A stretch of 64,000 nucleotides of DNA from positions 32,001 through 96,000 of IMG/VR virus record IMGVR_UViG_3300042923_000502. One strand, written 5' to 3'. Both the position numbers and the translations under genes were made by a program. This DNA is from a virus. Below the pieces are notes generated by a model. It was not told the origin of the DNA. It was given only the letters and a program-made list of their open reading frames with translations, and ran no database searches. Positions 1 through 9,163 of the stretch are shown in pieces; position 1 is the first letter of the stretch, and every line of letters starts with the position of its first letter.

Positions 1-509
1 ACATTGCCAGTATTGTCTACTTTGTGTACGACTTCCTTCATTTCATCTTCCGCAAACATTTTACGCGCTTTCTCCATTACCCTTAATATATAGACGTAGC
101 TTTCTTTCAAATCTTTACTTTCCTCTGCCATATCCCTCATGATCCGTTGTTGCTCAACTAACCGCTTATCTTGCTCAATTACTTTTTGCTCCAACATTTT
201 ATTTTTCTTTTGTAAGGCTACCATTGTTTCAATAAAGTCATCCATTAACCCTTTTACTTGTGAACTCATGTTAGGAGTATCGGACATATTGTAAATTGGA
301 TCATGTTCCAATGGTTCGTTGCTCTCAAGCTTAGGCAATAGGTGCTTATGCCATCTATTCCGACACATATAGAAGGTTACATTTAAAAGGGTTGCCGCTT
401 CTTCCAATCTCTTTCTAACACTACCTTTGCTAGTAGTCATATGTTCCATCAGAATTGAATCTTCCGCATCTGTCCATTCGTGATTCGCACTCTTCTTTTT
501 AATCTCCAA
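1..509 (-). CDS. RsfA/YlbO-family transcriptional regulator (runs off window edge)
   Basis: Not in the ORF track; translated by hand from TTG at 509 after RBS GAGGTGA: MEIKKKSANHEWTDAEDSIL...CRNRWHKH (Myb/SANT-like WTxxED..L and RW), coiled coil, then YILRVMEKARKM...KVDNTGN resembling the RsfA C-terminus. Confidence 0.7.
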   Translation of the reverse strand, partial: MEIKKKSANHEWTDAEDSILMEHMTTSKGSVRKRLEEAATLLNVTFYMCRNRWHKHLLPKLESNEPLEHDPIYNMSDTPNMSSQVKGLMDDFIETMVALQKKNKMLEQKVIEQDKRLVEQQRIMRDMAEESKDLKESYVYILRVMEKARKMFAEDEMKEVVHKVDNTGN

Positions 510-1786
510 GATAGATCACCTCATAGTGTTTTGTTATTTTATTTGGTGCTTGATCCTATTTTTATCATACCGACTATTAGATCATAAGTCAACATTATTG
601 GTAAACTTTTTGGTATTTTCTATAGTAGTGTACCAATATTTTCGCAGGGGTTCAGAAATGGGGTATAGGTCTATATATGAAAACACAGGAATTAGTTGAA
701 ACATAGCCCCCCTTCTAGGTGTGATGAAATAGATGGGATTGTGTGATTTTATCTTTGAGACGTAGACATATGATTAAATGTGGAATTTGTGTGAGAGGTG
801 TGTTTTACGACAACGCTGAAAATTGAGATATAGATAAGCGATACTGTATATAATCGGCTGACATTTGCGTTAACGAGTTTTTCCTTCTGCGTTAACAAAT
901 TAGACGTCAGAGTGTGATGATGGTGATTAGGTTGGGTGTAGAAATAGGGTTGATAATGTGTTGAAAATATTGCGACTGCGCGGAGTTGCAGTGCCCTGGG
1001 GGTATTGGAAATTAAAACCATCTTTTCCGGTTTTTACTAACCCCGCCTATGTCGCGGAATTAGCGTTCTACGACACGGAACCGGATTCACCTCATAAATG
1101 GTAAAAAGTGGGTAAAAATATGAATTTAGTGATATTATGAATAATTGGTAAATATTTACTTTTTTAAAAAATTTTTGATTTTTAAAAATTTCCCTTTTTT
1201 TGGCATCGTAGAAACGCGCGACCATAACACTAACCGCACGATGTAAGACACACCTATCACCTTAGCGACCATCTAGCGACCTCTATCCATCCAATCATCC
1301 ATCCAATCATCCACATAATCGCATACAACTATATTCAATCCTATCTTATGACCTCACATATTATCACCTCACATACAATCATATAAAACTATATTGCGCA
1401 CAATATAATAGCTTAACACTATATTGCACTATATTCTCTAGTTCTAAATATATCCAATATTCACCTATTAACCTACAATCTAATATCATCCTATCTAGTA
1501 TCATACTATTCAATTGCAAACAATATAATTTAACCCTATATAATGCAATCCTATCTAATAGCACACATTTAAATAGTTAACCTTTATATTAATCACTATT
1601 CTATCATGTAAAACTATATAGCTTCTCACTATATCATACAAAACTATATTGTACGCAATTTAATTCTATAATATATAATTGCATATCATTAATATAAATG
1701 TTAACTAATTGTATCCCAATAAATAGCCTACAATACTAACATACTAACATACTATACTAACATTATGCTAACATATGAATAAAAAG

Positions 1787-1803
1787 TTATCCACATATCC
1801 ACA
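1787..1803 (+). promoter_or_regulatory. DnaA box plus adjacent degenerate box
   Basis: TTATCCACA (perfect consensus) followed by TATCCACA. Confidence 0.45.
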
Positions 1804-2205
1804 CACGTAAAAACGTGCATACATTGCATACAATCTAATTTTATCCTATTCAATATCATGAAATATAATTGTAATCAATAATATAGTAATCAATATGTTA
1901 GTGATCATGATATATTCTCCTTTCAAATAAATGTAAATATATACTAAATAATGCAATAGTATACTATATCCATAATATACCAATATGCCATTATATACCA
2001 TATGATATTGTCATTATGATATGATTTAAATGTTATTATCTATATGTTAATATCTACACGATATTATTAATATGTATATATCAATATCCAATTATATCCA
2101 ATATATAAAAGTCAATAGGGAACACATGTTGCCCATTCTAAGCCCTTAAATCAATTGGAATGACCTAGTGTATGTAAGTAAGTTTATACATCGCTTAGAA
2201 ACGAT

Positions 2206-3230
2206 AGAAAGCGCTTTCTTGGGAAATAAGTTGATTTGACGCCATTTGCAAACGCTTACATTTTAAAAAAGAGCGATTATTTCCCAAAACGCATGAATAA
2301 ATATGCATAAAAGTAGCATATGTAATCGCTTACATGCATACTTATTCATCCATACACACAAATGAGTGATAAAATGAGGATAAATCGCACATATCTAATA
2401 AATAGATGAATTATCATTTTCCAATCTAAATATGATATAGATTCAAAATCACTGATTGAAAACGCTTTCATTATACATATATATCCATATTAGTAATATA
2501 AAGTGTTATCTGACAAATAATGTTTAAATGGATATATATGTAAGCAAAACATACCCATAATGACTTACATTGTCTAGGGAATAGAGAATCATAAAAACGT
2601 TGTCACAAGGATTGTAAGCCGCTTTAATCACGTTCAATAGTGCATCTAATACCCATGTTAGGGTACACATATTGAACGTCTTAGAAGGGCAAATAAAGCG
2701 CTTACATTTCAATCGTATGTAAGCCATAAAAAATGTAAATATTTTCAAAATGAATATTTATGCATAAAAATGTTTCGGATGCATACCCGAAAATTTTTCC
2801 GAACATTAAAAAAGTCTTATGTATCAAGGCTTTGTGGCACTTACTTTCTGATAGTGACATTCATAAGCAAAAGTTATCACTATGATAAAAAAATCAAAAG
2901 TCCTTATGTAGCAAGGGATTGCGTTATTTTTACCAATATATGTATATACATTAAAAAATCTAATTGTGTCAATATTGTGAACGAATTTTAAAATTTATTG
3001 AAATACGATATTGACATTTTAGAATCATTTGATCCATCATTTTTAAAACACGAACATTATGACCGATTATGGCACAATATATAGTCAAAATCCGAACATT
3101 AAGCCATTTTAGCCTTTTTAGCTTAAAAAATGAACTATAATGCGAACATAAATTCTCATATTGACACCTAAAATATGGATATTGTAAGCGCTTACTTTCT
3201 ACTAAAAATTGTCAATTGTAAACGCTTACA
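2206..3230. promoter_or_regulatory. Cluster of cre (CcpA/LacI-family)-like 14-bp operators
   Basis: AGAAAGCGCTTTCT 2206, TGCAAACGCTTACA 2247, TGTAATCGCTTACA 2321, TGAAAACGCTTTCA 2457, ATAAAGCGCTTACA 2693, TGTAAGCGCTTACT 3183, TGTAAACGCTTACA 3217. Confidence 0.6.
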
Positions 3231-3304
3231 TGCAAAATAATACGAACATATGGGAACATAATGTGTACATTTTGTGAAAACGGGCTTTTCAATGCTTTAT
3301 ACAT

Positions 3305-3333
3305 TTGCATACATTCCTATTACTTTGTAATAT
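3305..3333 (+). promoter_or_regulatory. sigmaA-like promoter at start of early region
   Basis: TTGCAT-17bp-TAATAT; composition becomes purine-rich right after it. Confidence 0.55.
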
Positions 3334-3339
3334 GGACAT

Positions 3340-4120
3340 ATCAACACGGCAACACGGCAACGAGAGCAACGAACGAACAACCCAACATTAAAAGAGGTTG
3401 AGCGTAGCAAGTGCGGACGACGGAAGCTACCCACACGCGAATAAGTGAGCAAAAGTAAGTCGCTAACTTATGGTAAGTGTGAGATAAAACGAATCAAAAA
3501 TGCTCACAAGGCTTGTACTTAGCGCAATGCCTAATACATGCTAAGGTGAAGTAATCACGGTTTAATGGGACTAGAAAGGGGAATGCAACCCAATAAGGGA
3601 TGTATGAGGAAAACAAGGTTTTGCTAAGTCTCACCTATCCTCACTAATACATGTGATGCAAAAAGATGGTTCTTTGAAAACTTAAAAGGTTTATGCCATA
3701 CCCAAAAAGGCATACATTGTATGAATTTAATCTCTAGTCTAATCGAATGGTTAAGACAATGAGGTAAGAAAATTTCTAGTAATAGTGAAGCGAATTGTCC
3801 AATGGAGACAATGAGCGCACATGAGCGGAAAAGCGTAACGCATTGCATACGTGAAGTGTTCATAAACTAGGAAAAGATTATTGCCTTATATGTATGAGAA
3901 TCTTAGACGAATTGGTTAACATTTATGTTAGCCAAGTGCGATTAAATAGCGTGTCAACGTTGGTCATACAATGTAAAAATCATCCTTTAATCATCCTAAA
4001 GGCGTTGCCTAAGATGCTATGGAGTACATATGTATTGTGTAGCATCTTGGACAACGTTGTAAGCAACTTACAAATAGTAGGTTACTTACAACGTTGTACA
4101 TACAACGAATAAAAAAATGG
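3340..4120 (+). ncRNA. Candidate long structured leader / ncRNA
   Basis: ~790 nt between promoter and first RBS with no RBS-led ORF; several stems (GTGAGCA/TGCTCAC, CTTAGC/GCTAAG, TATGCC/GGCATA, long hairpin 4051-4097). Confidence 0.4.
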
Positions 4121-4132
4121 AGTGATTAAATT

Positions 4133-4792
4133 ATGCACCTTCCACAAATTAAAGTACCCGATATGAAAACGGTTATCAATGTTCCGATTCTTTTGTCCAC
4201 TAAAGAATTTCCGATTTTGTCGGAATATAACTCTTTCAAGGCTACCGGAGAAGTATTCAAGAATGCCGGAGACAATAGCGCCTATAATCTAGCACCTATT
4301 CACGCATGGGTTAACATTGATCAATTACAAGGTGAAATGGGAGCGGCATCACGGTTAGGTTTTGGTATGTATGATTCCGACTTGGACAAAAAGAACGGGT
4401 TGTATTACACAATGAAGCTAGATGAAAAGGGAGAAGGTCGGCACGTAAACGGCACAATAACATATACTATTGTGGCGGTTATGGTTAAAGGCAAAAAATA
4501 TTCCGTGAAGAAAGATCACAAGTTACCGAACGGAACAACAATTCAAACCAAATTCGAGTTCTCTTACAATGGTAAGAGCGCGAAAAATTCCACACTTTTT
4601 AAGCTTTTGCGCAAGCTCATTGCAAACGGGTTGTTACAATTTGACAAAACAACTCACTTGGAATTGCTTGGAAAAGTTGACAAAGAAAAGAAAGACGAAA
4701 AGCCCGCAAGTGTGGACATTCCGCAAGCCCCAAAAGGTAAGAGACGTAACAAAAGCGCAAGCGCGGAAGAATCAAAAGCCGCAAATGCTTAA
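4133..4792 (+). CDS. First early protein, unknown function, basic C-terminal tail
   Basis: 219-aa ORF, RBS GGAGTGA. Confidence 0.85.
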   Translation: MHLPQIKVPDMKTVINVPILLSTKEFPILSEYNSFKATGEVFKNAGDNSAYNLAPIHAWVNIDQLQGEMGAASRLGFGMYDSDLDKKNGLYYTMKLDEKGEGRHVNGTITYTIVAVMVKGKKYSVKKDHKLPNGTTIQTKFEFSYNGKSAKNSTLFKLLRKLIANGLLQFDKTTHLELLGKVDKEKKDEKPASVDIPQAPKGKRRNKSASAEESKAANA

Positions 4793-4887
4793 TTTAAAAT
4801 TTAAAAATGATAGTAGTTAACAATTAGTAACTATGCTAATTGTTAACTATTCTTGATTTTTAAATTAAATGTAAAGGATGGTAAAAA

Positions 4888-4971
4888 ATGGAAATTAAAA
4901 AATGGAAATTAAAAAATGACAAGCCATGCCGCAAATGTGGCAAGCCGGGTTGCCGTTGTTCTTTACTCTAA
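4888..4971 (+). CDS. 27-aa Cys-rich microprotein
   Basis: RBS AAGGATGG; MEIKKWKLKNDKPCRKCGKPGCRCSLL; fills the slot between hairpins 1 and 2. Confidence 0.6.
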   Translation: MEIKKWKLKNDKPCRKCGKPGCRCSLL

Positions 4972-5052
4972 TTTTTGTAAGATATGGTATATAACACAAC
5001 TATTGTTATATACCAAATTGTTACAAAAATTTACAAAAAAGGATGATAAAAA

Positions 5053-5328
5053 ATGGAAAAAATTATCAAAATTGGAAATATTGTTATTTATGAGAAACTT
5101 TGTATGATAGATTTTTGGGTTGAATCTTCTATCGGTCGAAAAGATATGACACATAGCGAACTATACAACTTGCTAGTTGATTGCGACCAATGGAAAGTAA
5201 GAGATACAAGCGGCTTCATAACCTTTTGGCATGGAAAAATAGAAGTAACCGCATTTGTTAAGGAACGCGCAACAAGGGCATATTTTAACCCGGAATTAGT
5301 AGAAACAAATGCCGATTTTGCGGTATAA
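5053..5328 (+). CDS. Early hypothetical protein
   Basis: ORF with AAGGATGA RBS between hairpins. Confidence 0.8.
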   Translation: MEKIIKIGNIVIYEKLCMIDFWVESSIGRKDMTHSELYNLLVDCDQWKVRDTSGFITFWHGKIEVTAFVKERATRAYFNPELVETNADFAV

Positions 5329-5412
5329 CAATTTTTGGAAGAACTAGCATATAACATTAATTAAGTTATATGCTAACTTGTTTCAAAAATTTAACAAAAG
5401 GATGATAAAAAA

Positions 5413-5796
5413 ATGGAAATAAATCTAAGTTTTAGCGAGTTTCAACAAAAAGCGAGCATTTCCCAATTAATGGAAATTTTCAAAAAATTGGAAGAAAAAC
5501 AAAGTTTTTTAAACTTTCCATTTGAAACAATGAGAATTGAAATAACACTTTCCTTTAATTATTACAATTACATAAAAAAAGGAAAAAAAGTTATATCTAG
5601 TAACATTTCTTTGTTAGTCGATTTGCATCATAGAATAAATAACAATTCTTGGCACATGGATTGGATAAGATTGGATAATATTACATTAACTAGTTCACAA
5701 GTAGAATATTTTAACAATCTTGGCTTTACATTTGAGAATGAAGTTAAACAAGTCGCTAACAATGAAAATAGTCTATCAATAATTGTAAAAGATTGA
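5413..5796 (+). CDS. Early hypothetical protein
   Basis: ORF with AAGGATGA RBS between hairpins. Confidence 0.8.
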   Translation: MEINLSFSEFQQKASISQLMEIFKKLEEKQSFLNFPFETMRIEITLSFNYYNYIKKGKKVISSNISLLVDLHHRINNNSWHMDWIRLDNITLTSSQVEYFNNLGFTFENEVKQVANNENSLSIIVKD

Positions 5797-5858
5797 AAAC
5801 ACGAATATTAGTTCGTGTTTTTTCTTGTTTTACAATTAAACTAAAAAGGATGATAAAA

Positions 5859-6350
5859 ATGGAAATTATGAAACAATATGCTAATTTAAAAATTGCTTAT
5901 GAAAGAGCGAAAGAAGAAGATAAAAATAGTATTAAGGATGAATTAAGGACGTTTCTTTATAACAATCCAAGCATATTATTTCCAATGATTGGTAATAAAT
6001 TATGGGAATATATAGGTGACTATGATCACATAAAAGAGGTTTTACAAGGTGAAGAGGAAAGGGACAAAGAAGAGGGAATAAACGAAGGCATGGTCTATTA
6101 TGATGCTACTATCGACTATACCGCAAAAGCTTTAGAAGCGGTTTTACGAATGGTTTTAGAATGGCACATCGAAAGCAATTTTAAATATGTTTCTTTTGGG
6201 CAAACTTACGTGAGCTTTTGGATTTATGCCGAAAAAGAAAATAAAACAAGATTTAACATTGAAACGGATATTTTACACATCATGGAAAATGAAATAAATG
6301 GTAAAAATGATTATGAAATGGTAATTGATGAAAGTGAATATATAGTATAA
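5859..6350 (+). CDS. Early hypothetical protein (acidic)
   Basis: Start moved to ATG 5859 after AAGGATGA RBS. Confidence 0.8.
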   Translation: MEIMKQYANLKIAYERAKEEDKNSIKDELRTFLYNNPSILFPMIGNKLWEYIGDYDHIKEVLQGEEERDKEEGINEGMVYYDATIDYTAKALEAVLRMVLEWHIESNFKYVSFGQTYVSFWIYAEKENKTRFNIETDILHIMENEINGKNDYEMVIDESEYIV

Positions 6351-6430
6351 TTTTTGTAAGATAGGCAATATAAGTAAAATTTACTTATATTGCTAATTGT
6401 TACAAAAATTTAAAAAAAGGATGATTGCAC

Positions 6431-7021
6431 ATGAGAGAAGTTAAACCATTTGAAAAAGTCGGAGAAATTAGGAATTCTTATGTAACATACAAATATTACG
6501 ATTATACCCAATATTCTAATCATAAAGATGAAATGTTAAAAAATGGGTATAGAGAAATAAACCAAATGTCATTAGAAGAAAATGACATTTGGTGCAAATT
6601 TGTAGAATACAAGGAAATTCCATTCCATGAAAGAAATTTTTCTAATTTAGATTGGGATAATAACGAAAGTGAATTGCAAGAAATTATGGATACTATGGCA
6701 AGCAATCCGCTTCAATGGGTAATCCCAAGATTTGGAGCAAAAGCGCGGCAAACAATGGGCGAATTATTTAAATACAATTACAAAGTATTTTATGAAGTAT
6801 GCGACTTATTAATAACACCAATTATGGAATCACATGGAGACTATGAAATATTTGGTGAAAATTTATTTAATGTCATTTTGTCAAATGTTAACAAATACGG
6901 TATTTTAGAAAATGACAATTATAAAATGCATCTTTCTAATGAATACGGTGTAACCGTCGAAACCGATTATTATAGAGGTGGTACTTGGGGAAGCTTTACA
7001 ATTGACGAAAGCGGATACTAA
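6431..7021 (+). CDS. Early hypothetical protein
   Basis: ATG 6431 after AAGGATGA RBS. Confidence 0.8.
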   Translation: MREVKPFEKVGEIRNSYVTYKYYDYTQYSNHKDEMLKNGYREINQMSLEENDIWCKFVEYKEIPFHERNFSNLDWDNNESELQEIMDTMASNPLQWVIPRFGAKARQTMGELFKYNYKVFYEVCDLLITPIMESHGDYEIFGENLFNVILSNVNKYGILENDNYKMHLSNEYGVTVETDYYRGGTWGSFTIDESGY

Positions 7022-7108
7022 CAATTTTTGAAAGAAAGAGCATATAACACAAACGGTTATATGCTCCATTGTTTCAAAAATTTAATAAGTAAAAGGAATG
7101 ATTGTAAA

Positions 7109-7372
7109 ATGATGGTAGTAATAGAGAGACAGGAAAGAGTAGAAGTCAAGTCAGTGATTGGTGCAAGATTACGTAAGATGATTAAAAAGTTGCCGCAATA
7201 CATCAAAACTGATATTTTTAAAATGATACATAATACATCAGGTGATTATGCTTGTTACGGTGAGACATATGTTGAACTACATTTCAGCAAGCAATGCCTG
7301 TCAGCAATTACATTGGATGCTATAAATATTGATGATAATACATCAAAACGTTTTACGCTTATCATCGAATAA
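7109..7372 (+). CDS. Early hypothetical protein
   Basis: ATG after AAGGAATGA RBS downstream of hairpin. Confidence 0.75.
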   Translation: MMVVIERQERVEVKSVIGARLRKMIKKLPQYIKTDIFKMIHNTSGDYACYGETYVELHFSKQCLSAITLDAINIDDNTSKRFTLIIE

Positions 7373-7462
7373 GACATAAAATTTGAAAAGATAGAAAGAT
7401 ACGAATATAAATTCGTATCTTTTAATTGTTTTCAAATTTAACAAAAAAAGGATGATAACACA

Positions 7463-7699
7463 ATGGGAAATAGAGAAGTTATTGCTTGCTGGGGAATTTC
7501 AAATGTTGCGTCATTAAACGTATGGGAAATGAGATCAGATGAAGCAATGTTGGTGGGAATTAATGACGATGAACCTGAGTGGTGCGAAATTGAATTTATA
7601 CCAAATGAAGAATCTTTAAGTGATGATTACGAAACAGTTAATGTAATTAATTTCCATGGAAATATATACCGACTTGACGAATGTATGAGAGTTAGATAA
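7463..7699 (+). CDS. Early hypothetical protein (acidic)
   Basis: RBS AAGGATGA. Confidence 0.8.
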   Translation: MGNREVIACWGISNVASLNVWEMRSDEAMLVGINDDEPEWCEIEFIPNEESLSDDYETVNVINFHGNIYRLDECMRVR

Positions 7700-7801
7700 T
7701 TCAGTGACTCATAGTGCCATCTATACAACTATATATAGATGGTATTATTGATTTACCGAATAACACAAAATCATATAACGCTTGAAAGGATGTATACCAA
7801 C

Positions 7802-8113
7802 ATGAAAACTTATGCAATACATGTAAGAATGAAGCCTATTCAAATTGTAGAAGCTTCTAACCGCGCTGACGCTATTGAAATTATCCGTAAAAAGTTTGTC
7901 AATGCTTTTATTACAAAGGTAGAAAAGACACAGAAAAAAGCGCTTTGGTGTGATCGTATTGTCCTTGTAACGCCTAATAACACAAAGTACAAGCCTTTCA
8001 CAGTTACATATTTTGAATATTGTGACGAGAATGCTTTACAAGTTGCCAGAGACAATGGATATGACAAAATCGGCACAATAGAAATTTTTAATTCGGTTAC
8101 AAATGTCATATAA
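7802..8113 (+). CDS. Early hypothetical protein
   Basis: ATG 7802 after AAAGGATG. Confidence 0.75.
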   Translation: MKTYAIHVRMKPIQIVEASNRADAIEIIRKKFVNAFITKVEKTQKKALWCDRIVLVTPNNTKYKPFTVTYFEYCDENALQVARDNGYDKIGTIEIFNSVTNVI

Positions 8114-8139
8114 AATAACATCATGAAGGAGAATTTCAC

Positions 8140-8346
8140 ATGAAAAAAATCCAAATCAGAAATTTGTTTGATGTTGCCGTTGAAATGAAATTGTCAGCGA
8201 AATATTATGCGGTTATCTTATTTCAACTTAACAAAGAAATGGCAATAAAACTTAGACGGCAATGGATAACCGGACGTATAACACAAATTGAATATAGTGA
8301 CAGATTGGTTGATTCCATTTTAAGAGAAGTACAGTCTATCAGTTAG
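8140..8346 (+). CDS. Early hypothetical protein
   Basis: RBS AAGGAG. Confidence 0.75.
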   Translation: MKKIQIRNLFDVAVEMKLSAKYYAVILFQLNKEMAIKLRRQWITGRITQIEYSDRLVDSILREVQSIS

Positions 8347-8452
8347 TGAATGACAATGACATTAAGCCATAACACGGCTATATATGTAAGGCTTAATGTT
8401 ATTAGTGAGTTACTAACTACAAATTATCAATATATAAAAAGGATGGTTAAAT

Positions 8453-8746
8453 ATGGAAATGAAGAAGAATTCTGATGTGATTAAGGCGTTTCTCATGGGA
8501 TACAAGGAAGGACAGGCAAACAATCTTAGAATTGAAGAAAGAGCAGGAAGAACAGCTTTATTAAACTTTGATACAGTTTTGGCAGAAATTATGGATCACG
8601 GCAAAGATATTCATATTAACAAGAGTAATTACGGCAGAAGCACTACACGAATTCAGAACGAATTGATCCGCAAGGTTGAAGAAGACAAGAGTATCAGAGT
8701 ATTTTACTACTTTGGTATTGACAAGCACAGCAAAATATTGGTTTAA
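8453..8746 (+). CDS. Early hypothetical protein
   Basis: RBS AAGGATGG. Confidence 0.8.
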   Translation: MEMKKNSDVIKAFLMGYKEGQANNLRIEERAGRTALLNFDTVLAEIMDHGKDIHINKSNYGRSTTRIQNELIRKVEEDKSIRVFYYFGIDKHSKILV

Positions 8747-8758
8747 GGAGAGAAGACA

Positions 8759-8914
8759 ATGACAAAACGAACTCAGAAAGAATTATTGGAATGGGACTTG
8801 GAAAATGCGCGTGAATCATGGACAAAATCAGAAACTCAAGAACAATCAGCAATGTGGTATTCAGAGATGAAGAAAATTGAATCTCAGATTGATGAAATGG
8901 AGACACAGAAATGA
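8759..8914 (+). CDS. 51-aa hypothetical protein
   Basis: Found by hand; RBS AAGGAG; MTKRTQKELLEWDLEN... Confidence 0.65.
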   Translation: MTKRTQKELLEWDLENARESWTKSETQEQSAMWYSEMKKIESQIDEMETQK

Positions 8915-9072
8915 CAGAAAAATATTATCAAATACAAGCTGATCTAAGGGAAGCAAATAAAAGCGGAGACTTAAAAAAGATTAAGCGACTCAGAAACAAG
9001 TTAACAAAGTGGCAGATTGCTTATGGAGCGTATGCACCTATAACACAAGAAAATTGCCACAAGTATGATTGA
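8911..9072 (+). CDS. 53-aa hypothetical protein
   Basis: Found by hand; ATGA overlap with previous gene; stop abuts hairpin. Confidence 0.65.
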   Translation: MTEKYYQIQADLREANKSGDLKKIKRLRNKLTKWQIAYGAYAPITQENCHKYD

Positions 9073-9163
9073 TTCAGTGAATGATAGTCCTCTATAACAT
9101 ACAAGTATAGAGGACAATTGATTTATTGAATTACAAATAATATAAAAAAGGATGATAACACGA

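Larger units (their letters stand above)
680..3300. other. Long non-coding region between divergent genes; probable genome-end or origin region
   Basis: No credible ORF with RBS; top strand G/T-rich at ~690-1020, then G-poor with short tandem repeats (ATCCATCCAATC x2, ATACTAAC x3) at ~1250-2100. Confidence 0.6.

Noticed and set aside
749-4112. Short ORFs in the track (749, 1037, 1379, 2524, 2770, 3624, 3894)
   Set aside because: No RBS, low-complexity translations, and overlap with repeats and operator-like sites.
3411-4120. Group II intron starting at GTGCG
   Set aside because: No recognisable domain V, no RT ORF and no interrupted gene.
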